From: Eledone cirrhosa | Taxonomy: Eukaryota | Direction of reading: 5' to 3' | Length of the DNA stretch: 64,000 bases | Assembly (NCBI GenBank): GCA_964016885.1 | Contig: OZ024741.1 | Span: forward strand, 290,656,001-290,720,000 | Shown: one piece after another, positions 27,890-43,343 of the stretch | How positions within the stretch are numbered: position 1 is the first letter of the stretch | How the letters are laid out: each line of letters starts with the position of its first letter | The notes under the pieces: generated by a model | What the model saw: the letters and a program-made list of their open reading frames with translations, nothing else | What the model was told of the DNA's origin: nothing | The model's database searches: none | Made by a program: the position numbers and the translations under genes

Positions 27890-28718
27890 TATGTGTGTTT
27901 GTACATGTCTGTGTTTGTATGCATGTGTGTCTGTATGTGCGTGTGTGAGTGGTTGGTTGTTTGTTTGTTTGTGTGTGTCTGTTTGTACATGTCTGTGTTT
28001 GTATGCATGTGTGTCTGTGTATGTGCGTGTGTGAGTGGTTGGTTGTTTGTTTGTTTGTGTGTGTCTGTTTGTACATGTCTGTGTTTGTATGCATGTGTGT
28101 CTGTGTATGTGCGTGTGTGGGTGGTTGTTTGTTTGTTTGTTTGTGTGTGTCTGTTTGTACATGTCTGTGTTTGTATGCATGTGTGTCTGTGTATGTGCGT
28201 GTGTGGGTGGTTGGTTGTTTGTTTGTTTGTGTCTGTTTGTACATGTCTGTGTTTGTATGCATGTGTGTCTGTGTATGTGCGTGTGTGGGTGGTTGTTTGT
28301 TTGTTTGTTTGTGTCTGTTTGTACATGTCTGTGTTTGTATGCATGTGTGTCTGTGTATGTGCATGTGTGAGTGGTTGGTTGTTTGTTTGTTTGTGTCTGT
28401 TTGTACATGTCTGTGTTTGTATGCATGTGTGTCTGTGTATGTGCGTGTGTGGGTGGTTGGTTGTTTGTTTGTTTGTGTCTGTTTGTACATGTCTGTGTTT
28501 GTATGCATGTGTGTCTGTGTATGTGCGTGTGTGGGTGGTTGTTTGTTTGTTTGTTTGTGTCTGTTTGTACATGTCTGTGTTTGTATGCATGTGTGTCTGT
28601 GTATGTGCATGTGTGAGTGGTTGGTTGTTTGTTTGTTTGTGTCTGTTTGTACATGTCTGTGTTTGTATGCATGTGTGTCTGTGTATGTGCGTGTGTGGGT
28701 GGTTGGTTGTTTGTTTGT
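27890..28718. repeat. Minisatellite, ~10 copies of 82-86 bp
   Basis: gtacatgtctgtgtttgtatgcatgtg at 27901, 27985, 28071, 28157, 28239, 28321, 28403, 28485, 28567, 28649. Confidence 0.95.
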
Positions 28719-29294
28719 ATATTCTCTTCATCACTTCTACTCACACTCTCACGTAAGACATGACAGAAGAAGCTGCATGGATACACAAGTCCCCGCTAAC
28801 ACCACCGTCAATCACCACTGCTACCAACATATAAAGAGATGATTTTAATGCTACTTGACCAGAGTTGGCTTTTAGTTTGTGGTTAAACAACACCACCACA
28901 TTAAGGATTAGTGACGTCGTCTCACTAATGAGCTGACCATAAAGCTCGTTTCGATCATGAGCTGGCGATGAAGGTTCTCCGAGTGCCACCTGAGCTGCTA
29001 GTAATAGTAACCAATATATATAAAGAAACAACAATGTAGCACTTTGTTAAGGAAACAGACGGAATAGTCACAGATAGTGATGCGGTGGTGGTGGTGGCGT
29101 TGGTGCGGTGTTGTTGTTGATGATGGAAGTGGCGGGGTGATGGTAATGATGTTGATAGTGGTGATGCCTTGCTTATCAATCATCTTTCTCTCTCACTCTC
29201 TTTCTCCTCATCACAGTTCTCTCTCTCATTCTTTCTCTTCCTATCTGTCCTCTCTCCCGGTTTCTTCTCGTTCAGGATTGATATCGCTCTGATC

Positions 29295-29532
29295 GATCGA
29301 CAAGATTACAAACCTCGCTCGCTTGCCGGGGTGGACCTCGTCAAAATGGACAAAGGAAACAATTTTTCCATTGGTCTTTCCATTGCTAATACTATCTACC
29401 AGTCGCAATTCCTGGTAGAAAGAGAAACGTGAAATAAAGTGTCTTACTCAAGGACTGAACGCATCACCCGGTCCGAGAACTGAAGTCGCCACCTCACGGT
29501 TACAAATCCAACTATCTAAGCCACGCGTCTTT
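29295..29532 (-). mobile_element. tRNA-headed SINE family also at 45060-45272 (+) and 24277-24365 (- partial)
   Basis: ttggtctttcc.attgctaatac.atcta...gtcgcaa body joined to cgtgaaataaagtgtctt.ctcaagga head. Confidence 0.75.
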
Positions 29533-29559
29533 ACGTTGATATAGCAGTATCAACAAACA

Positions 29560-29968
29560 TACAGCAGCAATTATCATCATCACCAAGATATCAAGCACCA
29601 ACATCACGTTCATAATCCTTACTCAACAACCATCCCATAACATCAACACCCTTACCACTACCACTCCTAACATCACGATACGATCACTATAACCGACATC
29701 ATCATTATCAGTATCGCCGCCGCCGCCGCCACCACCACCACCACCACCACCACCACCACCACATCACCGACACCAGCGTTTAATACTACCATCACTTCCA
29801 TCCACCCCCACCACTTCCATCACCATCAGCAATACCACCACCACCACCACTAGCACATCACTATTAACATCATTACCATCATCCCCACCACTTGCACCAC
29901 CATCAGCAACACCACCACCACCACCATCACCACCACATCACCATTAACATCATCATCACCATCACCAC
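29560..29968. repeat. Degenerate (CAC/CAT)n low-complexity tract
   Basis: Direct inspection. Confidence 0.85.
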
Positions 29969-30115
29969 GAATAGATGTCATTACAGGTTTATACTCTCAA
30001 GTGACTAAGCACATGGAAGCGACAATATTTACCAAGTCACTAGGTCCGACAATAACTGCCTTCTCACTATAGTGTCTCTCTACCCTCTTTTTCTCTGACC
30101 TACCACGTTTCCTAT

Positions 30116-30151
<36 letters not shown>

Positions 30152-31477
30152 GTGTGTGTGTGTGTGTGTATGTGTGTATGTGTGAATCCATGTATGTGTA
30201 TATATATATGTATATATATGTATGGATACACAACCATACACACACACACATATATACATACTGTATATATGTGCGTATGCATATGATAAATACATACACA
30301 CACTCACACACACATATATAGATAGATATCACTTCACTCCTTTCTCTCTCTCTCTCTTTCCCTCTTCGATGTTTAACTTTCCTACCTATTCACATTCGAT
30401 TATCTCCATTTTGTATCTCTGCGTTGCCGCATTTTCACCCCACATTTGCTACCCTATATTACTTTTCTCACTAGAATACTATCCCATGTATTGACTTAAA
30501 CCAACACTTCTTCATCTTTCCATGTCTCTCCTCATCCCGCCTATTGCCTCACCTCATCTCAATCTTCCACCATCACAAGCACACATATAGAGTAATTTAA
30601 ATTATACATTACCCTCACATCTTTGTGTAACACATTTGATCATAATGCCCCCCAAATATGATTGAATCCAGGTAAATACCACATATGCACATGTGAGCTT
30701 TTTTTCCGTTCCTTTCTTCGTGTTAATGAATCTCATTAGGTTTAGGTTGTCTATATATCTAACTTCCTTTGTTTTAAACAGCACCTGCACAAAAGTCAAC
30801 AGCCGTTTCCATTCATTCGAACTTTATTTTTTCATATTCTTGCACGCATTGTTTTTCGTTCAAAGTATGAATTTGAGCAAACATTTCTCTACGAATTCCT
30901 TTCATTTTCAAGTTTCTCTATATTATCCCTCTTTAAAATATTCATATCGCACGACTAAATTTCTCCTTCACCGTCGTTACAACTACAAACTTCATTTAAT
31001 AAAACAAATACTTGTTGTTCAAAATATAGCCTGCATTCTTATATGTACTTCAATATTTCCGTTAATTACTACGTCTTCGAGGATTGTCAACACATAAGAA
31101 AGATGTCTCTCGTTGGTCATGCCACAGTCGGGAAATACCAGCTGTATAATCAAAACTTGACAGCCTCCCATCTTTCGAAACTATCGTCAATGCATTTAAT
31201 AACATTCAATTGTCTACAACATTCCGCTTTCTTCCTTCATTGTTAAATGAAATTAATTGGTTAATACCATGTCTCATTATTTTTTTCTTTGAGTTAAAAT
31301 CCCGTCGAGGTTAACTTTGCCTTACATCCTTACGGGGTCGATAAAATAAGGTACCAGTAATGTACGGCGTAATTGTACCAAAAGTAGAAACAATTATTTT
31401 TTCTTTAAGAATCTCATTGTCAGTCCACATGCTAAATATAGCAGCAACACTTTCCTAAAATCTTACACGCTTCACTA

Positions 31478-32077
31478 CAGGGGGTGGTCCGAAAGTCTTG
31501 TCACCCTTACATATTGTTTTAACTTTCATTATTTTTTGTTTTAATTTAAGGGCGGTGGATTGGCAGTATCGGTAGAGGGTCGGACGCCATGCTTTCCAGC
31601 ATAGTTACGTCCCTTTACGATCTGAGTTCAAATCCCGCCGAGGTTGACTTTGCCTTTCATCCTTACGGGGTCGATGAAATAAAGTACCAGTAACGCACTG
31701 GGTAATTGCTGGCCTTGTGCCTAAAGTAGAAACAATTATTTTTTGTTTTAATAATATAATATATAATATCATTAATTATGGTGGATTGGCAGTTTCAGTA
31801 GAGGGTCGGACGCCCAGCTTTGACGCATAGAGTTACGGCCCTTGCCATTCTGAGTTCAAATCCCACCGAGGTTATCTTTGCTTTTCATCATTACGGGGTC
31901 GATAAAATAAAGTACCAGTAATGCACTGGGTAATTGCTGGCCTTGTGCCAAAAGTAGAAACAATTAATTATAATGTATAATAACAATGATATAATTTTCT
32001 TATATAACAATAACATAATTTTCTAATAAAATAATATAATTTTCTTTTTGGTAGGGGTCACAAGACTTTCCGACCTG
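31478..32077. mobile_element. Tc1/mariner-like MITE carrying two nested SINE insertions
   Basis: TA-CAGGGGGTGGTCCGAAAGTCTTGTCACCCTTAC ... GTAGGGGTCACAAGACTTTCCGACCTG-TA imperfect TIRs; SINEs at ~31550-31740 (TSD attttttgttttaat) and ~31779-31966. Confidence 0.7.
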
Positions 32078-32363
32078 TACATTGCTTCTCTTTGGGATCT
32101 GTCCTTCAACAAGCTAGAAATAGCAACCTCATAAATCTCAATTGACATTCTACAGTCCCCACTTATCACTATATCACAATTACTAATTATTCGTTAATAC
32201 CTCGTTTGTCTTCAATTTACACAACTTCCCGAACAACTACGAACATTTATATTACTCATATATATAATGTGTTTTCATTAACATCCTGTTGTCTGCAATA
32301 TTTTCTCTTACTTCCTTCTCCTGAAAATATATCTTACGTCCATATATTTCGATTCATCTAAAT

Positions 32364-32637
32364 CAGGCATCGACAACCTTTTTCGAGAAGCGGGCCGCAT
32401 GACATATGGCTCATCATCAGGCGGGCCACAAGCTCTAATTTACATTCGTGCCCACATTAAAAAAAAAAAAAAGACAGTAACTCAGGTTATTTTGATTTGT
32501 TTCTTCAGAATTCGTTCACGTTGCTTTTCTCGACCGTAAAAATGATAGAAAGATAAATTACGACTGAAAAGTTTGGGTAAAAAAATCAGAAAAATTTCAC
32601 TTAGGTGACTTAGGCGAGCCCATGACTGATCTGACTG
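32364..32637. mobile_element. hAT (Charlie-like) MITE
   Basis: 8-bp TSD ATCTAAAT at 32356-32363 and 32638-32645; left end CAGGCATCGACAACCTTTT..GCGGGCCGCA; right end ...CTG. Confidence 0.75.
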
Positions 32638-34109
32638 ATCTAAATCATATATATTTGTTGATTGCAAACTGACAGACATACGCATCTCAATATCATGCTA
32701 TATTTGTATATAGCAGCTACATAATGAAGAAATTACACCTTACTGTCTTATAAGTAATTAAATCGACTCCATTACTTGATGGGTACTTTATTTTTTCGAC
32801 TACGGAAGTATGAAGAGCAATGTTGACTCTGGCTGAATTTGAACTCCGAATGTAAAGAGCCAGAACAAATACTGCTATGTCATCTAATCCGACACCCTAC
32901 TAATTGGAGCAAGATCTTGGTCGCTTAAATATGCTATCATAGAATTGAAATAAGTAATTGCCTTTGGTATTATTTTTAGAATGTTGATAAATAACAGATT
33001 CAGTAGTGTGGTTGATTACATGGCTGTTCGCAATCAATTATGTCTCTTTATATTATGATTCCTGAATCTGCATGAGTCAAATTTAATTTTCTCCCTTCGA
33101 TAAAATAAGACACTATTCAAGCATTACTGTCAACATAATCGACTATATGCTCAATCAAACATGTAGGTTTGGCCCTTTTAAATTGTGACGTCATTATATG
33201 TTCAATTCAAATCCATTTTGTCTTTCATCGTCTGTTTGAAGATAAGTTTCCTCTTTTCTCCCTCCAGTCTCGGAGATATTGTGAAAATTCAAGAACGTGG
33301 CCTTTTTATCCTCTGATTCAAATGCAGCCAGCTGAGTAACTACTGGATAAAACTCTCAGAATGTTATTACGTTCCTACTTGTCCAATTCCGGTTTGGATG
33401 GGTTACTCTCATAGTCAGGAGATTAAGTCTTTTCAACGTCAACTCAGTGGAATTAGAACTGTGAACACAAAGAACCGAAGCAGTTATTGCGAGGCATCTC
33501 ATCCGGCTTTCTAAATATTCCCCCATTTTATTATCTGGACTGGTGGCACTTCATTAATAACAAATAGATGAAAAATAAAACTCGATATCAGTAGAATTTG
33601 AAACCAGAGCACAGAGAGTAGGAATAGACGGTTTTTGTTCTGCAGCCAACACGCTGAAATTTTACTAATACTTGTTGCATTTTGAGCGACATCGTTATGA
33701 AGACACAATTGTTAGATCATTTGTTTTTAATTCCACACATAATATCACCATATGGAAACTTCTACCACTGATGTTCAAATAACAGTGACTAAATATTCCC
33801 ACTGTAAACAGTAACATTTTACGTCCATATGATATTGTTAGGACGATATTGTCGCCAAAGGTTGTGTCTTTTAATTCACATGTCACATTTCTGGCAATAA
33901 CATCTGTTAATTCTCTCCAGGTCTCTCATCACCTGCAGCTTTGTGAGTCGAAATGAGAGGTCCTTTTTTGTGGGGGAGAGGTGGTGAGGGCTGCCGAAAT
34001 ATGAAGACATTACAAGTGAAAGACGTCCTCTGTCTGGCATACAGTAACACATGTTATTTATATATACACGCATACAGACATACACACTCAAACATAATAC
34101 ACACACCTC

Positions 34110-34778
<669 letters not shown>

Positions 34779-35204
34779 GAGAGGGAATGAGAGAATAAGG
34801 GCGCGAGTGAGAAAAAGAGAGAGGGAGGGAGGAGTGAGAGAGGGTAAGCGCAGAGGTCATACCACAGAGGAATGTAAAAAGCGTGACGTTGTTATTTAAT
34901 GAAACAAGGGGTGGCAGTAATAATTGGTATGAAAGTGGGGTGGTTTTGGTTGTATTGGTGATGGCGGTAGTGTTGGGGATGTTGGTGGTGTCGCTGGTGA
35001 TGGTGGTCGTGCTGGTGTGGAAATAATAGCTTTAGCGATGTTTTTGTTGTTGGTAGTCGGAACAGAATGAAAGGAAGAACAATAGAGAGAAAACTGTGCG
35101 AAATAGGGAAAGAGCGAAATAGATGGAGAGTGTGTGTGTGTGATACACACACACACACACATACATATATACATATATATATAAATACATATATATATAT
35201 ATAT

Positions 35205-35239
<35 letters not shown>

Positions 35240-35242
<3 letters not shown>

Positions 35243-35405
35243 CGAAGGAAATGTGGTAAGGAACCAGGTGGACCATAACGCACCAAAGTACTCAATACTT
35301 AGGTTAGTAGAGTGGGTAATAGGAACAAGTAAGACCCCGACGGCTGAGCTCAAGCCGTTTCGACGTCGAAACGGCTTGAGATCAGCCGTCGGGGTCTTAC
35401 TTGTT

Positions 35406-35410
<5 letters not shown>
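35240..35410. mobile_element. Third fold-back copy of the 20811 family (zero-loop palindrome)
   Basis: Arms 35319-35364/35365-35410 centred on GTTTCGAC|GTCGAAAC plus ~80-bp tail; (TA)n both sides. Confidence 0.92.
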
Positions 35411-35490
<80 letters not shown>

Positions 35491-35504
35491 TTATATATAT
35501 ATAT

Positions 35505-35754
35505 ATAAATCAGGATAGAAGAGTGACACGGTTTGCTATACAAAAAAGGTTTTTAATCTCATTGCTGACAATTGTTAGTTTTCTCGCAAGCTCTGGTGAA
35601 TTGACTGGCTACAACTATGTATTGGTGATCGAATGACGTGAAAACAAGCGGGTAGCGATCTCTAGACCTACCAGTTCAGAGAAACAATTGTCAGCAATGA
35701 GATTAAAAACCTTCTTTGTATAGCAAACCGTGTCACTCTTCTTTCCTGATTTAT
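35505..35754. repeat. 72-bp inverted repeat with hammerhead 3' half
   Basis: Arms 35505-35576 and 35683-35754; GAAAC-AATT-GTC at 35681-35692 preceded by GGTAG...CTACC hairpin. Confidence 0.85.
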
Positions 35755-35921
35755 CATTACTCCAAGTGTTAACAACATAGCAATCACCGCGTACTCGCAG
35801 CATCACTATGGAAACGACTTGTTGAGTCAAACTTAGCCAAGCGTTGATATCATCCACTACTCGGAGTACCCTAACTGGACTACACCTAAGTGGACTACCT
35901 ATAACAATAATCTGTTACCCC

Positions 35922-36044
<123 letters not shown>

Positions 36045-36047
36045 CAA

Positions 36048-36078
<31 letters not shown>

Positions 36079-36653
36079 CATACAAACATATATATATATA
36101 TCGAGAGAGTGAATATAACGAAGAGTAAGTAGAAAGGAGAGGGGAAGGAAAAGAGGTGCGTGGCATAGGGCATGGAGGAGAATCGATTGAGAGGTAAACG
36201 ATGGGAAATTTTAAGAAAGAGAAAGAACACAATGAAGAGAAGAGTATGTAGAAAACGGTGAGGGAGAAGGAAGTGGAATAGAAGCGAGGAGGTTAGAAAT
36301 GTGGATGATATGGGAGTTAAAGGGAAGGAAATTGTGGGAGAACGAAGTTAGTTTACTGAACTATCATATTGTACACCCCTCATATCAAACATCCTATCAC
36401 TACCTTGAATTTGTCTCGTCTTCCAGATTCCGATCTAAACACCTTTTCACAATCTGCTCAATTCTTCGTCATTATAAAGAATTAAGCCGATAGAAGAAAT
36501 ATATATAATGGGAGTGTGTGTTGTGCATGAGCGAGGTGAGAAGAATTGAAGGAAGAAATATAAGTGAAAGATCGATGCTGCCTTTGTGCAACCAATGTAA
36601 CAGTCAGAGACTGGAAGAATACATATAACGTATCATGCATTATTATTATCAAT

Positions 36654-37083
36654 GGCGGTGGATTGGCAGTATCGGTAGAGGGTCGGACGTCATGCTTTGT
36701 AGCATAGAGTTACGCCCCTTTATAGTCTGAGTTCAAATCTCGCCGAAGTTAACTTTGCCTTTCATCCTTACGGGATCGATAAAATAAAGTACCAGTAATG
36801 TACTGGGATAATTGCTGACCTTGTGCCAAAAGTAGAAACAGTTATCATTGTCAATATTTTGAGGGCGGTAGATTGGCAGTATCGGTAGAGAGTCGGACAC
36901 CATGCTTTGCAACATAGATTTACGACCTATTACGGTCTGAGTTCAAATCCCGCCGAGGTTAACTTTGCCTTTCATCGTTACGGGGTAGATAGAAATATAA
37001 AGTACCAGTAATGTACTGAGCTCGATTTAATCGACTTTCCCCTCCACAAATTATTGGCATTGTGCCTATACTAGAAACCAATA
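36654..37083 (+). mobile_element. Two tandem tRNA/Deu-type SINE copies
   Basis: ~36654-36845 and ~36863-37083, each flanked by att[a/g]tcaat-type direct repeats. Confidence 0.9.
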
Positions 37084-37251
37084 TTGTCAATGTTTGGTCA
37101 ACCTTTGATCGAAGGTTTTTCAGCCTTCACTATATTGTCTCCTTTTCAATAGTATTTTTTCTTGGTCGAGGATATAGAATGTGACCTTTTATTAGTTTAA
37201 TTGATTTCAGCGTAATTTGCTGATACTTATAGCAAGCTGAGTAATTGCATG

Positions 37252-37287
<36 letters not shown>

Positions 37288-39017
37288 ACCTGTAACTCCT
37301 GATAGAGTTGTAAATGCACCATATTACCATCGGCGTTTCTGAGACATTTTAGAAACCTGGTGGAACCCATCCCCTTTCCTTTTCTGAATACAGCAGATTT
37401 CTTCCTGAGAAGGATAGTGTGAGAGAAAGGAAGCGAGAAAGAGATATAGAAGAAGGATCAACCCCAGTACTTGGCCTTAAATGAATGAACGGCAAAGTTG
37501 ATCTCGGCGGGATTTGAACTCAGAGATCTGAGCGCCGGAGCAAACATTTTCTTGCCACCAACTAAACAGCCATCTACAAAATCAAAACTATAGAGATAAG
37601 CCTAAATAAACGAGGAAGCTACTATTATTTACTAAATATAGACGCTAAATCTCTCCCAGGGTTTATTCTATGGCTTGAAATAGTTGTTTCTAACATACGA
37701 CAAGGCCATACACTCGAGGAGAGTGTTATTTGATTAAATAGACTCACAATTAATAATTTATTCTACACCAGAAAAGTAAAAGGCAAAATTGCCCTCATAG
37801 GGATTTGAACTCCAATCGTAAAGAGCTAGAAGAAATAGTGAGAGGCATTTTGTCCCACGCTCTAACAATTTCGCTAATACACCACTTCTTACTAGACATG
37901 CACCGGATAATGCATTCCCAGGTCACACTACATTCTGTGAAGTAGAAATGATGGGATAGTCACGGGTGGAAATTGTTTGATTGTTTGTCTGCTCAATACA
38001 CGATCAACAAAAATAAACTTGACAGAAAAGAAAACCTATTAAGTTAACATACCAGTGCATTTCCTATTGAAATACGTAGGAAATATCGAAATAACGAAAG
38101 CTGAATGAATCAACACAGAAGCAGCAGATCCTAGTAACAAAAGTAACACAATGGCAAATTAAACTATTTTCTGATTACCGAACGAGAAATGACGTCAACA
38201 GGTCAAACATGTTTAACATCCGCCGGAGTAACCAATGGGGGGAAAAGCTCGTTACATACATACTAATCTCAGAATGAAAACTAGTTGTAAACGTATAAAT
38301 AGGACTACCTAGTAAATAAATAATATGAGATACATTGACAAATCTATTTCCTAATTGATGAAACATTTATGATCTCATCGTTATTTTATTTTATTTAGTT
38401 GAAAACAAATAGTAATCATATGAATAGCATTACCTAGCAAAAAATATAAACCTAACATAATATACGATGGTGAAAGTATTTCCTCTTTGCCGAAACATAA
38501 ATGATGGCAACCTTGTTTTATTTAATGCAGTTGAAGCTGCAGAGAATTTAAAGTTCTCACATATATGTGTATAATAACTAAGTAACGCAGTGTATACCAA
38601 TAAATATAATATTAGCTAAACTCAGAGATATTAATATCATTTTTTCTTAAAATATATTAGGAATGCCCTTGGTGTTTGTATAAACTAAATTTAGAGCAAC
38701 ATAATATGTATGCTAAAATGAATAAAAAAAAATTAAGACATGAATTGTAAAATTTAAACCTTCAGCCCAGATTAAACGAAATAATATATCCAGCAGCAAT
38801 GGGAGATACAAATGAATATGAGTACTTTCTCAGATATAATCATATAGGAATATCATAAACTAAACAAACATGGTGAGCAAACACAAAATGGAAAAACAAT
38901 ACGTAAAGAAATTATTTTTCAATCCTTAATGAAATCAATAACAAAAAGACACTTCTCAAAAATGGGAAATACATATACTCAAGAAATATAACATAAAATA
39001 ACAAAGTATCCGAAATA

Positions 39018-39533
39018 ATAATGGTTTCTTATATAGGTAGCAGGCCAGCAATTTTCGGGGGGCGGCGTAAGTCGATTAAATCAACCCCAGAAGGTGACTG
39101 GTACTAGATTTTATCGACCTCATAAGGCAAAGTTAACTTCAGCGGGATTTGAACTCAGAATGTAAATGGCCATAACTATGCTGCAAAGCTTGGTGTCCGA
39201 CGCTCTACCGATACTGCCAATCTACCACCCTTGCTATTGTCATCCGAAGTAATAATAATAAATCATCAGAGAAGGAATGTATCCACAGCTTTGTCGTTAG
39301 CATACAATGAAAGTTCTGCTTGCATTATGAAATATAGACGATGGATTGCCAGAGTCGGTAGAGCATAGCTATAATTGTTCTGTTTACATACTGAATTCAA
39401 ATTCCGCTGATGTCAACTTTGACTTTCATCGATTCGCGCTCGATAAATAGAGTACCAGTCAAATACTGCTGTCGATATAATCGACTTTCCACTCCATGCA
39501 CATTGCTAGCCTTATGTTTAAATTAGAAACCAT
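39018..39533. mobile_element. Two head-to-head tRNA/Deu-type SINE copies
   Basis: Minus copy ~39018-39230 (flanked by atccgaa.taataat), older plus copy ~39341-39533. Confidence 0.8.
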
Positions 39534-40746
39534 TCCGAAATACCACCAGAACCGATGTTATATAGCATTTAACAGAATGACAAAGTGACCACGTCATATG
39601 TTAATCTATACTGAAAGGGAGTTTAAGCCAAATCCGCCGGATATTGTCGATAAAAACAATTAGAAAAGTAAAAGCCACCTAATCGAATTATCAGAAACAA
39701 CTAGCTGTATTTTATTTCTTTAAAAATGGAAATATTATCCAAATATAAACATCTAGAATTAGAACTACCATATTCGAAACATTTCCTTAAATATTAACTG
39801 TCTTGGGAGTGAATAGAGTTGGAATTTTCTCGGTTTCGACGTTAAATTTTCCATTTTTTTAAACATCGGACAGCCTACAGGTCAATTTAACGAGCGAATG
39901 CTTGAGTATTGTGAAGATACATACATCGTCTAAGTAGATCTCAGGGAGATTCAGTTTGTTACAAAGCGAAAACACTGAACCTAGTACAACTAAATTTTCA
40001 ACACCGGTGTACTGAAACAACATGCAATAAAGTGTCAATGCACTGCTGAGAATGGAACTTACGAGCTTGTGATCATTAGTGGAACCTCACTAGCCACTGG
40101 AGTGAAAAGTAAAATGATGTAGACAAATAGAGAATAACACCTCCAGGACTGACAAATATAAACAAAATACAAAAAAGCAACAACTACAACAAAATAAAAG
40201 AATGACAGGACTGATAACACATAAATATTACGTAGAGTACGTTCAATACAAAAGGAAATACGAAACCATAACAAAACAAAATGCATATACCAAGGTGCAC
40301 GCAGCTGTGATCGGTTGTGCAGTTGAAAATACGCAATAAAAATAAATCTATTGAATAATAATGATGATGGGCTCTTATTTGGGAAAGACATAAAAACCCG
40401 CACTAACAATGAACGGCAATAAACAACAAAGCTAACAACGCTAACAATAAGAAAATGACGCAAACAGGTCACAAAATGCTTCGTTTTCAAACTATTTAAG
40501 AAATGTTAAATTTCAAGAGTGAAACAATCAGGAAAAAATAAAAAGTGAAAAATGTAATAAAATAAAACAAAATAAATAAACAAGCAGTAAATAACAATGC
40601 GAAAAGAATGCTTGTAGGTGTGAAAATTAAGATTGATTTCCTAATACAATAGAAATGGAATGCAGTGAAGACGCTCATGCCTCTCTCTTGATCCTTTCAG
40701 AATACTTTGAAAATACATATATATATATATACACTCACAAATATGC

Positions 40747-40819
<73 letters not shown>

Positions 40820-42990
40820 CCATATATAAATATGCATGTGTATGAGTTTATGTATGTATGTATTTAGGTAGGTAGAACAGTATATATGTATACATGTTTG
40901 CATTACTTCATTTGTGTATATGTTCATGCTTAACTTATGGAATGTTTAAAATATATTCACAATGCCATTAATGGCTTGTTGTAACTTCAAAATTGATTGT
41001 ATAATTTCTGGTTTTGTATAGCCCATCTTCTCATGGTTGTCACTGAGGTAGTTACATAACCAAGTGCTCCAGTAATTCATATCTACAAATATATGTGGTT
41101 GGTATTCTGACGGTTAGGACGGGATGTATTCCAGCTGTTTGATCAACGGAACAGTCTACTAGTATAAGTAACGTGCAAGTCACTGACAATTCCACAACCA
41201 CATGACACTTGAACGAAGTTCTCAGGGCTATATAGTTTGATATATATGAGGAAAGTTTCAGCCTTTGAATTACAAGTACAATTCATTTTCACCAACTGGG
41301 TGAACTGGTAGAATGCAAAATAAAGTGTTTTGCTCAAGGATAAAATGTGCCGCCGGGAATCGAACTGATAACTTTAAGACCGTGCGTCAAAATCTCTACC
41401 CACTAATCTATGCACCCTTTCATATACATACATGTGTACATACGTATGCATAAATGTATGCATTTTGTCAGGTAAAATCAAATGATTTGCTATTATTAGG
41501 CATGTAAACCGGTAATACCTGCTTCATAGAAGCTGCGTTGGTGACTAAACTAGCAACGTCAATCTAAAACCCCTCCCTGGCGAGTGCAAAGTGAATGAGG
41601 TCCTTAGCTAGATGAAAAACAATACCAGTTTTCAAGGGGGGTAAAATGAATTAGGCATCAAGGAACATATATATGGCATCTAAAAGTGAAGCAGGACATA
41701 TTAATACTTTTTACTTTGCATTGCTGACCCCATTGTTAAACCCTGTACGCAGTTGTCTCACGTATGTGTAAGGAACCAGGTATTATAGTTCGGCGAAAGA
41801 AATCCCTTTAGAAGCATGAGAACCACCCAAGCTGGTTTAAATCTGTCCCGGTTAGGAATGATATCATTTTATCTTAGCCGTCAATTACTTATTCTGTAGA
41901 GGTAAACTGCGGTTACAGGTACTAGATGTTGATAAGTGAAGTTACTTCTGTATTGTTTGAAATAACAAACGTTTGCCATTCATATATGTCTACAAACGTA
42001 TATACGATTGTATGTGTATAAAGTGTTCGCTATTCTCACACGGGAAACCCTATAGTACAGAACAACGGTAACAGTATTACACAATAAAAAAAGATCAAAC
42101 GTATTTCGAGTCTAAAAGATCAAACGTATTTCGACCTTCGAGATTCAGGAGCTAAGTAGTCTTCAGATCTAACACTATCCTGTCATATTAAAAAAAAAGG
42201 ACATATTAGATAATGTAGTCTTTCATATCTTAAAAGATGGGTACGTCATATCTAGAATTCTTTTATTTATAAACCTGCTCGAACAAGGCAGAACTAGGGA
42301 TAAACAACAACAGCAACAATAAAATCAGTTTTATTTTCTTCAACCTATTAGCATATTAAGGCTTACAGTCAGTCGGGCCTGCCAATCTTAGTGAAAAAAA
42401 AAATGGACCGGTGTGATTTATATTTGTACCTAGAAATAATTAACTCTATTCCCACGGCCATAATAAACAATCACCATGAGAATCATCATAATCGTCATTA
42501 TTTCCCTCCTCCTCCTCCTCCTCCTTCTCCTCACTATCATCAAATTTATTAGTGACAGATGAAGGCGCGATACAACAGAAAGCACTCGCATCTATTTCTA
42601 CCCCCGTCTCTCTGTTTATACTGAAACACACTCACACAGATATCATCATCACAGTTTAAAGTTCATTTTCCCATTCTCGCATAGGTTGCCCCGATTTGAG
42701 ACAAGCCATGTCAGAATGATTTTCGCTCGGTTTCTACCGTTGCCCTTCCTAACACCAACCACATTTACAGTGTCTGCTGGGTGTTTTTGTTGTATTAACT
42801 ACACTACGACTTTACAGAGTGAGATGGGGACGTAGGTTCGGGATGTGTATAGAGATTGAGGAGGTAGATCTAGGCTTGTGTGTGAGGGGCAGAGTGTTCG
42901 GGCGTGGGCGGAGTGGAAGGTGATGTATACAGGATGTATGCTTCAACTCGTACACATGGGAAGGCGGGTCTTTTATATATATATATATAT

Positions 42991-43249
42991 TGATTATTAC
43001 TGGAATTCTATAAGAATCCAACATTCATAATTTTCAACAAACAACGGGAGTGCTAAGCTCTGAGGAATGACAGAGATCTGTCAGCTTATCTCCCTTTGTT
43101 TGTTGAAAAATGAAGTAAGAGACATAGTCACTACTTTAAAACAATAGCGTAAGGTCTTCAAAATGCTTTTAATTAAGCATACAGTGTATTGCAAAATACA
43201 CTGTATATACATTCATATATATATATATATCGCTATTTCAGAGCACCAG

Positions 43250-43255
<6 letters not shown>
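42991..43255 (+). mobile_element. Hammerhead-bearing short element (retrozyme/pLTR-like), core partly deleted
   Basis: Collinear with 54059-54249 and 53896-54013; TAAGCT-CTGAGGA-atgacag-AGATCT-GTC-AGCTTA; (TA)n on both sides. Confidence 0.85.

Positions 43256-43343
<88 letters not shown>

Noticed and set aside
38188-38240. TGACGTCA and CCAAT motifs in a repeat-poor stretch
   Set aside because: Short motifs expected by chance; no associated gene
40059-40490. 143-aa hydrophobic minus-strand ORF
   Set aside because: Result of A-rich composition on the plus strand; non-ATG start, no family motif
42090-42134. 21-bp direct duplication (also a 15-bp triplication at ~14810-14855)
   Set aside because: Ordinary slippage duplications
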